DNA of 64,000 bases from Cyanidioschyzon merolae (taxonomy: Eukaryota). The stretch is taken from NCBI GenBank assembly GCA_000091205.1, contig AP006493.2. One strand, given 5' to 3'. Numbering within the stretch: the first letter of the stretch is position 1; each line of letters starts with the position of its first letter. A program made the translations under genes and the position numbers. The notes beneath the pieces are model-generated. The model ran no database searches, was not told where the DNA came from, and was given only the letters and a program-made list of their open reading frames with translations. Below, one piece after another: positions 9,043 through 20,283 of this stretch.

Positions 9043-12000
9043 GTGGAGTCTGTCAACACGCTGCAGCACTCGAGGAGACGGCAACCTTCTTCGGTGACCC
9101 TGAATTCGGATGCTGCAACTGTCCATGGAACGCTATTCGCTGTGCAGCTATCGCCGACGCGTTTTCAAACCGCTTTCGCCTTTCGTACGTTCTCATGCAG
9201 CACTTTCTACAGTTATATGAGCACGGACGTTCTTGTAACAGCAGACACCACACTAGCCGACCTTGCGTGGCCAATAGTATCAGCGGCAATACGCTCCGCA
9301 ACCTTCATTGCGTTTTCGCTTAGAACGACGGTGTCGGTGCAAGACTGCGAACGCCAGCTAGGGTCTCTTGCAACGGATACGTTGACTTTGGACGCTGTTC
9401 CAGATTCCTCCGAACCTAAGCATGCCGGGGAATCATTTTCTCCTGCCGACGAGTGTCACATTGCCGCTAGTGGCGCGGGACATCACCAGTCGCTACAGCG
9501 TCGGTACGCAGTCTATCGTGAGTGGATCACGCGTCAGTCCGTGATAGAGCTGGGTATGACGACGTTCAGGCGGAGGCCGATGGATCGCCCCTGGGTTTCA
9601 AAAGCGCGTGGAAAATTGAGCGGGGAGCGAGAGCCTTCGGTAGCTTCAGGTCCAGGGGCCGAGCAAAGCACGAAATCATCCGAAACAGCAGCTTTTGATG
9701 TACAGACTTTTCGTTTTATTTTCCTCCTCGACAACAAGGGTACCGGATCCGTCATTCCATGTTTCCTGGTGACACCGACAGCGCTGAGACAGCTCAGTGG
9801 ACGGCAATATAAGGAGTACAGTGGCCAACTTGAGGTTGATGCTGGGGCGGTCGTCGGGAGCCCGCTGTACAGCGACACCTCTGACGACGACGACAATGAT
9901 GAAGACGATTTTGACGATGTTGATGTTGACGACGACGTCGCGCATGCGTGTACAACAGTCACTGCGGCACTGAGCAAGAGTGAACCGTACGAGTCCGCAA
10001 CTCAGCAACGCGTTCCAGAGATAGCGGCTTCTACAGAGTCTCTGGGCTGGGATCGAACGGCAGAGAACGTGCTCGGCCTGGCGCTGCGACAAGGTATTCG
10101 GTATCTGCCGCCGCGAAGCCAGGTAACGATGGAGACGACGCCGAACTCCCTACCACAACCGGCGGTGCCCTTGTGTTCCGCTGCGTCCTTCGAGACGAAT
10201 GCTCAGCGAGAGTGCCCTTCGTTGAACAGCGTCGATGTAGCCGGAGGTACGCTGCAGGGCTTGGCGACCTCAACAGCTCACGCAGCATCGCTGAAAACTG
10301 CAGGATTAGGGGCTCGGTCCAGGGAGTGGGCGTCGCTGCCGCCGTCGACGGCCAAGGGCGAAGGTGCGCAACTTTTTCGGATGTTAGCAGAGTCGGGCGT
10401 CCCGCTCGTATTCTTTGATGGCCTCTTCGAGATTATGTCCATGTATGAGGCTTTTTATGCCCCGCTTCCGCCAGACCTTGATGCATTTATTGCCACGCTT
10501 GGCATCGTGACTCCGCGAGTTGTCGACGTTCGCTGTATGACTGCACTCATGAACTTGCACGGCAGCAGAAAGACGCGAGCACCTTGTCGAGCGAACGCGA
10601 ACGACCTCCGTCCGGGTGAGGCGTTGCTGGCGCTGATGGTACGCGTCGCCCTTCAAAGTGCAAGCGTGAAGCATCGCCATCTGCTGGAGTCTATTCGTGG
10701 TGGGAGGTGCTTCGTCAACCATCCTCACGCGCAAGCATTACGTCGACAGGCGCAAGCTTTCGCGCAACAGCATAACAACACATCAGCACGCCAACGCGAT
10801 GGCACCGGGTCGGATGCATCCCTGGACAACGCTGGCAAGCAAGTGGGCATCATCCTGGACGGGCAGCAGCCTCCGAACGAGAGCGCCGATTCGGGAGCAG
10901 CAGGGCTTGCCACCTGGGACCTAGAGCAAATGCTCACGGAGAATAGCGAGCCTGCGAATGCTGGCGAGTATGCGAGCATGCTTTTGGTGCCGCTGGCGAG
11001 AGCGCAAACGAATGCGCTCGAACGCTATGGACAAAGCAGCAGCGACGGCACTGCCGCAGGCTCTTGGCCGGCGCCTGGCGTACCGGCTGATGCTCTTGCC
11101 GATTGCACGCCTCTCAATGAAGCGGACGCATGTGAGCTCATTGCCGCGCTTGAAGACCAAGAATTGCCGGATGATGCACTAGCGGATTTCGATATGCCTC
11201 CGCAAAACGTGTCTGGAAACACAAGAGGAGCGGCGCTTCGTGCCTTTCATGTGGGCGCAGTTTTGGCGTACTTACTTGAGCGTCACGGCTGGTCTGCGAT
11301 CATGGATCGATTCCGCGGTTGCATCAGCTCCGGCTATGGAGACGACGCAATCCGCTTACGCGAGCCGGGAAGCGATGCGAATGCTGCGATGTACACGGGC
11401 AGCACTGGCTCCGGGCCAGACGTAATACAGGGCAAGCTGACGTTTCCGGTGACGTCGGCTGCGTCTTGGCGCTCGAGGGTCGGCGGGTTTGTATCCGCCA
11501 GCGACAGCAAGCGGATCACGAGCCCAGAATCCCAGGCGGATGCTGATCGTGTTCCCGCCGAAGCTCGTGACTGGGATCAGCGACACCAGGCGCGTTCGAC
11601 ACTCCACCAGGGCCAGCATGCCGAGGCATCTCCACCAGCGAATGCGTTTCTTTCCGAAACGCCTACCATAAGAACGACGGTGAGCGCAGCAGCAGTAGCA
11701 GCGCCAACGCCTACGTTGCATCAGCAGAGCAAAGCTGCGTCACTGACGCCGTCCAGCACCGTAGGGCATGCGCTGGCTGATGAATGGATTAGCCGACTTG
11801 TGAGTCTGCTCGCGCCGAACCGCCTAACCGAGATGCTCTACGAGCGAACACTCATGGCGGCAAGTAGCATCGCACAACGAGCATTAGGTGCACACTCGTT
11901 TGCAGTCGGATCTTATGCAGAGAAAACGTATCTATGGGAGAGCGGCCTCGACGTTGGCGTTTTCATTGCAGGCGCCACCAACAACAACAACAAGTGCACG

Positions 12001-14160
12001 CATACGCAGGGACACGTGTCCGGTGTCACGGGCTCGCCGCGGCGCGCCGCCACCCCCAACCCCAATGATGATGTTCATGATGATGCATCGTGCATCAGCG
12101 ATGCGTGGCCAACGCGCCTTGCCGCAGCGTTGTGTGCGCGCGCCACGCTGCTTGCGTTTCGGCGATCGACGGCGGTACCAGCGTCGATCGCTGATCACAG
12201 CAGCGAATCGTGCATGCCGGCGAACGCGCACCCTCAACTGCTGTCATCGTCGCAGTCGATGGAGTCTCCAGTACACGCATGGATGCGCGATGCGGACACG
12301 CATTCGCAGGCGGCGTGGCATGCTGCTGCGCGGCAACGTTCACGGCGACGACGGCGACGGCGACGGCAGCAGCAGCAGCAGCAGCAGCAGCAGGAACAGG
12401 AACATGTTGTTGCAGCGGCGATATCTGGGGCGGTAACGACGGGTGATCTGGGCACTGTTGAGGCGCGCTCGGGTCCTGCGACTGTGGACAGCGATGCATC
12501 GTCGTCGTCATGCTCGGGCGGCGAGCGCGCTACTACATGGCGTACGCAGGGAAACGATGGTACATTTCAGGGAGTCTCAGCTGGCAATGCCCAGTGCGCC
12601 ACGAGCTTGCATTCGCCCTGTATGGAGCAACTGGACTCTATATGTGTTGAGCGGACGCTTACCGACGACGACAACGCAGGCGACGGTGCCGTTGTTGTGC
12701 GATGTCGCACGAATGGGCTGACGACACAGTTCCTACTGAACCCGGCCGTAGCGCTTTGCAGGTCATGTTTTCTAGTCGAATGTGATGAATTGATCGGGCG
12801 GAGGCACTTGCTCATTCGCTGTCTAATTTTGCTGAAGGTTTGGTGGCGCCACAGCCTGGCCACTGCGCAGGCACGAGCTTTGTTGTCGCCGCTCTCCGGG
12901 TCGCTTGTCTCGCCGTTCCTAGCATTGTTGTTACTGAGCTATTTGAATTGCAGAGGCCTTCCTGGTGATGAACCAGCACATGTTTTACAAGGGCTCTTCT
13001 CTTTCTACGGATTCGATATGGACTGGTCTCGTTGCGGTATGAGCATCTATGGGCCGTTTGACATCCAAAGTGGCGCGCTGATGACGCATTTGACGACGCG
13101 CCAACCGCTTATCCCAGACGCGATGCTTCGCGCGCATCAGCTCGAGTACGCTACCTGTCGTCTGCGGTATCGGGGCAGTGGCGAAGGCAGTGCTCGCGAC
13201 CTAGGCGACACTGATGCCGGAACGCGCACTGGCTACTGCGACGAAAACGACGACAACGAGGGTGCTGGAGAGCTACGCGCCCGAACTGGTCGCCAGCGAG
13301 CGCACTTGGGTCATTTTCCCCTCAACGTATTGGATGCTCTGGACCCAGGCTGGAATATTGGGCTCCAGATGGCACCGAGCCCATCTCTAGCATTCGCACT
13401 TGTGGGGGCATTTCGCGCGACGGCACAAAAGCTGGGCGAGTTCCGGGATCGCCCCAGCCGTATGCACTTGGACTTCATCTGGGGCATCGACGGTGCGCTA
13501 AAGCCCATCTGGTCCCTAATCCATGAGCACTGTGGATCGGATGCGGTCTTGTTGCTGCAAAGAGCATTCGATGATACGCCTGCTGAGTACGCATCGGGTG
13601 AACGCGCTGCGGACGGGCTCGACCAACTGAGCAGCGGAGTCGTTCCCGCAATGCCGTCCACAACGGTACTGCGCTTTTGGGAGCTGCGGCATCTCTGTGG
13701 CCTTGCGCTCGCCCCAGAAGCCGTATCCACGTCGCCATGTTCCGACAAACGCACTGGATTACGGCAGGTGCACACATACGCATCCAGTGCTACGCGCGAA
13801 GAGCTTGGCGCTTTGCCCGATATCGGCGAGCTGAAGCAAATCCTAGCCTACGTGCGATTTCTCATTCTATTCGATACTTCCGAGGCTGGTATTTTGGCGT
13901 TCCTGCTGCAAACGCTCCGACGCAAGCGCTCGCTACTCGTTGGAGAACTTGGTCAGCTGCTGCGAAGCCGTATGAACAAGAGCGCATGGCAGACGCTCTT
14001 CAAAACACGCCACGGGGGCTTGAAGCGTTTCCTTGAACGGTATCCCGATCTTTTCCAAATCGAAAATGATCATCCGCTGAATCCGCACGTCTCACTGCGC
14101 ATTCGGGACCTCGGCCAGAACATGCACCGCAGACACCGTGGTGAAGCAACAGCTACCTGA
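9043..14160 (+). CDS. Very large low-complexity protein (1705 aa) containing a Cid1/poly(A)-polymerase-like nucleotidyltransferase core with a degenerate catalytic motif
   Basis: Single ORF of 5.1 kb with acidic (DDDDNDEDDFDDVDVDDD), poly-Q and poly-R tracts. An NTase-fold motif 'LGAHSFAVGSYAEKTYLWESGLDVGVFIAG' resembles the Cid1/TUTase 'FGS...SDIDL' motif, but the first catalytic Asp is replaced ('SGLDV'). Downstream, a PAP/25A-associated-like segment 'LLIRCLILLKVWWRH...VLQGLFSFYGFDMDWSRCGMSIYGP' is present. The true start codon is uncertain. Confidence 0.55.
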   Translation: MESVNTLQHSRRRQPSSVTLNSDAATVHGTLFAVQLSPTRFQTAFAFRTFSCSTFYSYMSTDVLVTADTTLADLAWPIVSAAIRSATFIAFSLRTTVSVQDCERQLGSLATDTLTLDAVPDSSEPKHAGESFSPADECHIAASGAGHHQSLQRRYAVYREWITRQSVIELGMTTFRRRPMDRPWVSKARGKLSGEREPSVASGPGAEQSTKSSETAAFDVQTFRFIFLLDNKGTGSVIPCFLVTPTALRQLSGRQYKEYSGQLEVDAGAVVGSPLYSDTSDDDDNDEDDFDDVDVDDDVAHACTTVTAALSKSEPYESATQQRVPEIAASTESLGWDRTAENVLGLALRQGIRYLPPRSQVTMETTPNSLPQPAVPLCSAASFETNAQRECPSLNSVDVAGGTLQGLATSTAHAASLKTAGLGARSREWASLPPSTAKGEGAQLFRMLAESGVPLVFFDGLFEIMSMYEAFYAPLPPDLDAFIATLGIVTPRVVDVRCMTALMNLHGSRKTRAPCRANANDLRPGEALLALMVRVALQSASVKHRHLLESIRGGRCFVNHPHAQALRRQAQAFAQQHNNTSARQRDGTGSDASLDNAGKQVGIILDGQQPPNESADSGAAGLATWDLEQMLTENSEPANAGEYASMLLVPLARAQTNALERYGQSSSDGTAAGSWPAPGVPADALADCTPLNEADACELIAALEDQELPDDALADFDMPPQNVSGNTRGAALRAFHVGAVLAYLLERHGWSAIMDRFRGCISSGYGDDAIRLREPGSDANAAMYTGSTGSGPDVIQGKLTFPVTSAASWRSRVGGFVSASDSKRITSPESQADADRVPAEARDWDQRHQARSTLHQGQHAEASPPANAFLSETPTIRTTVSAAAVAAPTPTLHQQSKAASLTPSSTVGHALADEWISRLVSLLAPNRLTEMLYERTLMAASSIAQRALGAHSFAVGSYAEKTYLWESGLDVGVFIAGATNNNNKCTHTQGHVSGVTGSPRRAATPNPNDDVHDDASCISDAWPTRLAAALCARATLLAFRRSTAVPASIADHSSESCMPANAHPQLLSSSQSMESPVHAWMRDADTHSQAAWHAAARQRSRRRRRRRRQQQQQQQQQEQEHVVAAAISGAVTTGDLGTVEARSGPATVDSDASSSSCSGGERATTWRTQGNDGTFQGVSAGNAQCATSLHSPCMEQLDSICVERTLTDDDNAGDGAVVVRCRTNGLTTQFLLNPAVALCRSCFLVECDELIGRRHLLIRCLILLKVWWRHSLATAQARALLSPLSGSLVSPFLALLLLSYLNCRGLPGDEPAHVLQGLFSFYGFDMDWSRCGMSIYGPFDIQSGALMTHLTTRQPLIPDAMLRAHQLEYATCRLRYRGSGEGSARDLGDTDAGTRTGYCDENDDNEGAGELRARTGRQRAHLGHFPLNVLDALDPGWNIGLQMAPSPSLAFALVGAFRATAQKLGEFRDRPSRMHLDFIWGIDGALKPIWSLIHEHCGSDAVLLLQRAFDDTPAEYASGERAADGLDQLSSGVVPAMPSTTVLRFWELRHLCGLALAPEAVSTSPCSDKRTGLRQVHTYASSATREELGALPDIGELKQILAYVRFLILFDTSEAGILAFLLQTLRRKRSLLVGELGQLLRSRMNKSAWQTLFKTRHGGLKRFLERYPDLFQIENDHPLNPHVSLRIRDLGQNMHRRHRGEATAT
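12365..12392. repeat. (CAG)9 microsatellite preceded by a (CGA/CGG)n run, in frame in the 1705-aa gene (R9-Q11 tract)
   Basis: 'cgacgacggcgacggcgacggcagcagcagcagcagcagcagcagcag' encodes 'RRRRRRRQQQQQQQQQEQEH'. Confidence 0.9.
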
Positions 14161-16279
14161 CAAGTGGCGGCTTTCGAGCTGGACTCGAAATCCAGGTCCA
14201 TTCAAGAATCGTCCATATCCTGTTATGGAACGGAATCGTTTGCAAGTGGAAGTCGACTGCACTCGCCGTGTCTGAATGGGCCCCGGCGGCGAGCCGGCAC
14301 GTACATCGACAAAACGCGTGCCACAGGTTGGATCACTCGGACACGAGTTGTTCTGGGCACCTTTTCGTGGCTTTCGCTGAGATGCATCTTTCGGGAGTCG
14401 TTGGAGCGCTCGCACTCCACCGATTTACCGCAGCATCCACTACAGGGCAGCGCCGGGCGCTTTCGTATTCCAGCACTGGTTTGCGTGGCTGGTTCGGACA
14501 GGCAAGTAGAACGCGAATCTCGGCGACGTCTGCAAGTCAGCTCGAGGCGTATCGACAGCGTCCAGCGGGGAGGCAGTTGATGACGCGCGCGACTGGCACG
14601 CCCGGGCTACTACCCGGGCTCATCGTCATCGACCGTACACCACAGAGCGATCGATCTTCGAATCATTGATTGGAATTCTGGCCCGTATTCGTCGCCTGTT
14701 GACCGTAAGAAATGCGATCTCCAAAGAATTAGCAGGGAGCTGTGTTCATATGCATCGATTGGAGACCATACATCCATGTGTGAAGAAAATGGAACGGGTA
14801 TACGTTCCTAACTCGGACGTAAAAACCAGATATCGGGGTTTGCTTTCCACGACGATCAAGAGAAGCCTCTGCGAAATTTTTCTATGACTGCTTGCTTTTT
14901 TCCTCGTTATCTCCGGTTTCAGTGACGCGGGTCTCTCCGTTTTCCCGCAGTTCTGTTATCAGCAGTGCATGGATGGGTGATGAGGATGACGGTGATTACG
15001 GCAGCGTTCAAGTTCCAACTGTGCTGCGTCCGGCTATTATCAACGCGCGCACTGCATAGACGGTTGCTGTGATCGACGCTGTCCTTTACATTTTCATTCT
15101 CTACATTTCCATGCTCGGTGCGCGCTTCGTAGCAGTGACTCCGGAGTTTGGTCAGGTGTTATCGTATGCTCATTACTCCGTCTTCGCCGCCGAGAGCTGC
15201 CCAGTGGTGCATGAACGATTGCTACATGGCGCGGTACGTGGCCTTGACGAGTACCGCTGGCGGTCGTCGATGCCCTCCTCCGTTTCCCGCGCCTAGCACG
15301 ATACCTTAGGATCACGGGCTTCTTCCGGGTGTATTCCCTTGGCGAGTACGCTGCCCCATTCAATAGCAGGTTTCGGAACGATATGTTGTCTAGAAGAAAA
15401 TAAGCATCGGAATGAAAATCTGCGCTGAGGAACGCAATTTCAGAATTTCGAACGGTCGACGCTCCGTTCTTGCGAAACGGTGACGCACGCTTCTCTCGAA
15501 TCGATTTCGGTGATGCCTCAAGTCCGAATCCAGGTCTCGTTTCCACGCGAGCAGCAGAGACGGGAGCATCTGCGCGCAAATCCCAGGAGAGGTATCATGT
15601 GTGTTCGGAATGCTGTTTCGTCGATGACCGGAGAGAGAAGCGAATTTGTCTTTGAAACAGAGTGAATTATTTGATGGGATAAGATTTGTGAACATTCAGC
15701 GTGGGCCAGTGAACAAATCGACAAGCGATGCCAACGAGTTGCCTAGAAACCGAATGATCGACAACCAGAACATTGCATAACACGGGCATGATACACGTAT
15801 GGCAAGGAGAAGCATCCGGGTTTTCACGAACGAGTTGGATCATCATATCGCTTCCATGACCCAGCCTTTTGTTAAACAACGTCAGGAATTATCTTGATTC
15901 TGGTGACGCAACGAGCTTCAGTATCAAAGAGTGGAAGGACCCGCTCCGGATAGACGACCGAGAACCCGACCAATATCAATGCATCTGTAAGCCCATGTTA
16001 GCGCAGTCTGGATCCGCAGGCGGTGCATCAAAGGAAACGTGCTGCGTAAACAGGACGTAGAGGAACAGATCGCCCAGTTCAGCGTACCCGAATCATCTGT
16101 CCCGAATATACCTATTTAGCGTCTTAGCGAACCAAAAGGACTTGTAGGTATTTTACTGGAAAAACTAGCCATTCGCGCGGCGATGCTCGGCGATCGCGTC
16201 CTGCGCTGGCGCCGCCCCTGCCAATCCTACTACTTCGCCATCCAGCCTGCTTCTCTGCTTTCAGCCTATCGCTGCGCCC

Positions 16280-16720
16280 ATGCCCCGTATCAGGAAAGGC
16301 TTAGCCAAGACAAAGGCAGTGGCCAAGGTAGTTCGATCGGGATCCACTCCAAAAATCCTGGCCAAGGCCCACGAGAAAGTGCGTTTCAGAAAGCCGAAGA
16401 CGCGAAAACTCGCACGAGCGCCCAAGTACCCTCGCAAGTCTGCGCCTGCGACGCCGTGGATCGATGAGTTCGGCGTTATTAAACACCCACTGACGACGGA
16501 GAGCGCAATGAAACTAATGGAAGATCACAATACGCTGGTGTTTATTGTAGACGTTAGGTCTGACAAGCGGAAAATTCGTCAAGCGGTCGCGAAGCTCTAC
16601 GGTGTTCAAGCGAGCAAAGTGAACACGCTCATTCGTCCCGACGGGAAGAAGAAGGCGTTCGTTCGATTGGCTGCCAACTACGACGCACTTGATGTTGCGA
16701 ATAAGATCGGAATAATCTAA
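16280..16720 (+). CDS. RPL23A: 60S ribosomal protein L23a (uL23 family)
   Basis: 146-aa ORF. 'KYPRKSAP', '[24 protein letters not shown]', '[33 protein letters not shown]' are near-identical to conserved eukaryotic L23a/L25 blocks. Confidence 0.9.
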   Translation: MPRIRKGLAKTKAVAKVVRSGSTPKILAKAHEKVRFRKPKTRKLARAPKYPRKSAPATPWIDEFGVIKHPLTTESAMKLMEDHNTLVFIVDVRSDKRKIRQAVAKLYGVQASKVNTLIRPDGKKKAFVRLAANYDALDVANKIGII

Positions 16721-17728
16721 AGGTACCTGGTTTCGCTTGGCACCAAAGGGAAAACCGTCGGTGAAGTGCACAGCGGAAACAGCATTTTCATGCATTGCAG
16801 GACGCACTCGGCGGCGGAAGCGGCGGCGAAGCGTTCAGCAGACGCAGTAAGCACTGCGGTGCCAGGTGATCCTCGAAATCGCTGTTCATCGTAGCAACGT
16901 GCTCCCTCGGGCGCCTGGATACTGGCATCACATTCTGCAGCAGAGTCATATGGGTCGCGGATCAGGTGTGTTCGCTGCGAACCCGGAACGGAGCATTCCG
17001 TCACAGTGGATGATGTTGCAGCACAGAGAGAGCCCTGTGGAGCATACAACCCCAACATGGATGCTTTCAGCGCGAAGAGCGCATACATGCCATCGTTTCC
17101 CGGAACAGATAATTCGCAGTTGCTGGTTTCGAGTGCTGCCGCCTGTCGTTTCAGAGGTTTCTCAGACCGGATTTGCGGAGCGTCGGCAAAACCGAGCTTG
17201 ATGCCCTCTGCCGCTACACTGTACGTATTATTCGCGAGCGATACTACCACCGGGATCTGGGCACTCTCTCCGGGGGTGTCTGTCATTTACCGTATCTGCG
17301 CTGCGTCGAAAGACCGTCTACAAGCTGGTACGTCGTTAAATGAGAGGCCAGCGATCCTTCTTGATTGTGCGTCGGCAACCGCCATATTTAGACCGCTCAG
17401 ATCGAGCGAATAAAGGCGAATGCGACGGAGCATCAGGCGGCGAACTCCCGCTACTGTCTAGACTCGCGAACAACGAACCTGGTAGAGCGTAGTCGTAAAC
17501 CCGTGCGTCGGTCGCGAACGAGAGCATCACCAGTTGCAAATGCGACACACCACGGTCGTGCGCTGGTCATCGTCGATTCAGAACCCGAACTCGTAAAATA
17601 CTCCGAAACGCCAGGTATCATCCTGTGGTCTGAATTGAGGCATTTGGCATTCGGTTTCTAACCACGAACGGCGTCCGTGACTGCTATTCCCGTTCCATGC
17701 CGCGAACGTCTAGCCGGCCACGAACGGA

Positions 17729-19156
17729 TCAAGGGCGCAGCAGCGCTGTCTGTAGCTTGCCCTCTATATAGGAGCTGAGGTCCACGACGCGATAGCCTCG
17801 AGACTTTGCGACATCCACGGGGTCATGTATCTGCTTGAGCGCCTCAAAAAGCGCCTTGAGGGCATTGATTCGGTTGCGAGATCCATGCAGCTTGGCGCCT
17901 GCGTCCTTCACTCCGATCACATCCAATGCGCACTGGTAAAAGTAATTCATGCGCAGCCCGGTGTTCGACTTGAGCGGCCACAAGTACACGAGACATCGCC
18001 CAAATCGTGCAGTTGATTCATGCGGTATCGTTCGTTGTTCATAGAGCGGCACGTAGATGAGGTTCCGCCGCGCCTCACGAGTTGCTCGCCTAATAGCGCC
18101 CTGCACCGTACGCGCCTTGCCATCCCCGTAGCCGCCAACGCCTTTCCCGTTTCCGATACAGACTGCAGCTCGGTAACTGAGCCTGGTGGAGCCTTCGGTC
18201 ACCTTTGCGACTCGTTTCATATCCAAAAGCACGGTATGAAAGCCCCGCAGCAGCGTGCGTGGATCAGACGAGTCCTCGTACCACTGGGCGTAGCCACCGC
18301 TGGGACACTCGTCGCTGTTCTCGTATTGGACGTTATCACGCGCATCTGCCACCGGTCCGTAGAGCTCGCGGTACCTGCGTTCCTGGAGCGCGGACTCCGC
18401 CTCCTGCTCCGCAAGGATCTTATCTCGCTTGGTCAGGCGGCGTTTCTCCTCGAGTTCTGGCTGCGGCACCATTCCCGGTGGGTAAGCTTCGATTGGCACC
18501 GCAACACGCAGACCAAAACTCAAGTCCAGAAGGGCCTCGCGGGTGCGATACACTTGTGCGAGCTGTTCGAAAGAGAGTAACGCATCACCAGAGGTTTGCA
18601 GATGCGCTTTCAGCGTCTCGACCAGCTTCTTGGCATCGTAGAGCGTGGCGGAAACTCGTTCGCGCATGATACCTACGAGCGCCTTCGACTCCTGTGGGTA
18701 GGCGCTCATCACTTCCTGTAGAAAAATGCTCAAACGTTGGACCTCCTGCTCATGCTCGGAACGTAAACCGGCTGTATCCAACTTGGCAACGCAGGACCAG
18801 GTCTCCGTGACGAGACCTCGTTTCAAGAACTGACGCGGTTCACAAGCAACCGTAATTTGCTTTCGGAAGGCTTCCTGACAGCCCCGCATTCGGGTGATAG
18901 CGATGGGGTTGGCGCCAGCGGACCTGCTCGCTCCCCACGGGAAAGCACGAAAACCGCGAACGAGGACAGAAAGGAGAGAATGCAACCCGTCCGCTCTAGG
19001 AATATGACCTCTGTCGCTGCCGTGCAGGCTGCTCCATTTGAGGCCTCCAAGCGCCGAAGCGGACCCTAGAATGCCACTGCGGTGGTGGCCTGCAGTCCCG
19101 GTGCGCGCACCGTGCAGTGCGCCTAACGCAGCAGCCAGCCGAGGTGCCAGACGCAT
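17729..19156 (-). CDS. MRPS5: Mitochondrial ribosomal protein S5 (uS5m)
   Basis: 475-aa ORF with an Arg/Ala-rich presequence ('MRLAPRLAAALGALHGARTG'). The C-terminal S5 domain reads 'GNGKGVGGYGDGKARTVQGAIRRATREARRNLIYVPLYEQRTIPHESTARFGRCLVYLWPLKSNTGLRMN...VIGVKDAGAKLHGSRNRINALKALFEAL', matching S5 N- and C-domain signatures. Confidence 0.7.
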   Translation of the reverse strand: MRLAPRLAAALGALHGARTGTAGHHRSGILGSASALGGLKWSSLHGSDRGHIPRADGLHSLLSVLVRGFRAFPWGASRSAGANPIAITRMRGCQEAFRKQITVACEPRQFLKRGLVTETWSCVAKLDTAGLRSEHEQEVQRLSIFLQEVMSAYPQESKALVGIMRERVSATLYDAKKLVETLKAHLQTSGDALLSFEQLAQVYRTREALLDLSFGLRVAVPIEAYPPGMVPQPELEEKRRLTKRDKILAEQEAESALQERRYRELYGPVADARDNVQYENSDECPSGGYAQWYEDSSDPRTLLRGFHTVLLDMKRVAKVTEGSTRLSYRAAVCIGNGKGVGGYGDGKARTVQGAIRRATREARRNLIYVPLYEQRTIPHESTARFGRCLVYLWPLKSNTGLRMNYFYQCALDVIGVKDAGAKLHGSRNRINALKALFEALKQIHDPVDVAKSRGYRVVDLSSYIEGKLQTALLRP

Positions 19157-20283
19157 GGCGGGTCACGCTGCTGGCCTAGAGTGGTGCCTCTGCGAAACCG
19201 TTCTACACAAGTGCTCGTCTTCAATGCGCCGCACACGTGTGCGATGAACCCGAACGGGTACACGCAACGCGAAGAGCTCGAGCGCCCGTCGCCAGATCTA
19301 CACACGCGGGCAAGTAAAGATGCACACCCACCGGCTGCAGTGCCTTGAGGCAAAGGATTGCGCTATGCTCGTGGACACCGTACTGCCCGATCGTCTGCCA
19401 GTCAGTCCTAGTCCCAGAACTGCTCTGCCCTGACGACTAGGCTCGATACCGGTAAAGAGGCACAAGCGTCAGGGGGCGTCAGCACCTCGACAGTGCGCCT
19501 CATGGTCTGGGTTTCCAATGGGACAAATATTGAATTTTCTATATGTTTATGGACTCTTCTCGATGCACGCCAGACCCTGTGCCGCTTTTTATACCAACGC
19601 GTGGATCGTCGCTACGAGCCGCGGAAACGCCTTTCCCAACGAAGGACTCCGTCCACGTGTATCTACCTTTGGTTATGCGTCTATCGAAGGTTTGTGATGC
19701 GTTTCCAGGGGGTCAACCCTGGAAACGGCAGCAAGAGCGCCGGCTGCAACTGGCGCTCGAGTGGAGAGCTCGTCTATCGAGGAACGGTGTCCGCGCGGCA
19801 TCGCCTGGTACCCCGTGACGGCATCTGCGAGTTCGTTGCAAACATACCAACACTGCAGACCAGGAGGCGTCCAAAATGTCAGGATCATCTCATGCGCGGC
19901 CTGCCCGAAGCCGAACATTGACGCACATGATGCTACAGCTCCATGCCAAACTACAAGTTGTCAGGATACGGCACCCAGATTCGCCCGCGTGATCCACATG
20001 GGCGCTACGCAGTACCCGATTCCAGGGATGCAACGATGTCTTCCATTCCTCGATCAGCGATGCCGAGCTGGACATGCGGCACAATGCACGTCTGCGTACG
20101 CGACCTGCAGTCGTCACCTTGCACGCCACTTGCAGAGACAATGCTCTACAGACTGTTATTCCAGCGCTGGTTCTCGCCAAAGCTCTGCACCGGTCAATGA
20201 ACACCCGCTGTCCGTTCCGCAGCGAGACCCGCGAACCGCTGGTCATCTACGACGCTATCGCGTGCCGCAACATGTCCGCGCGC

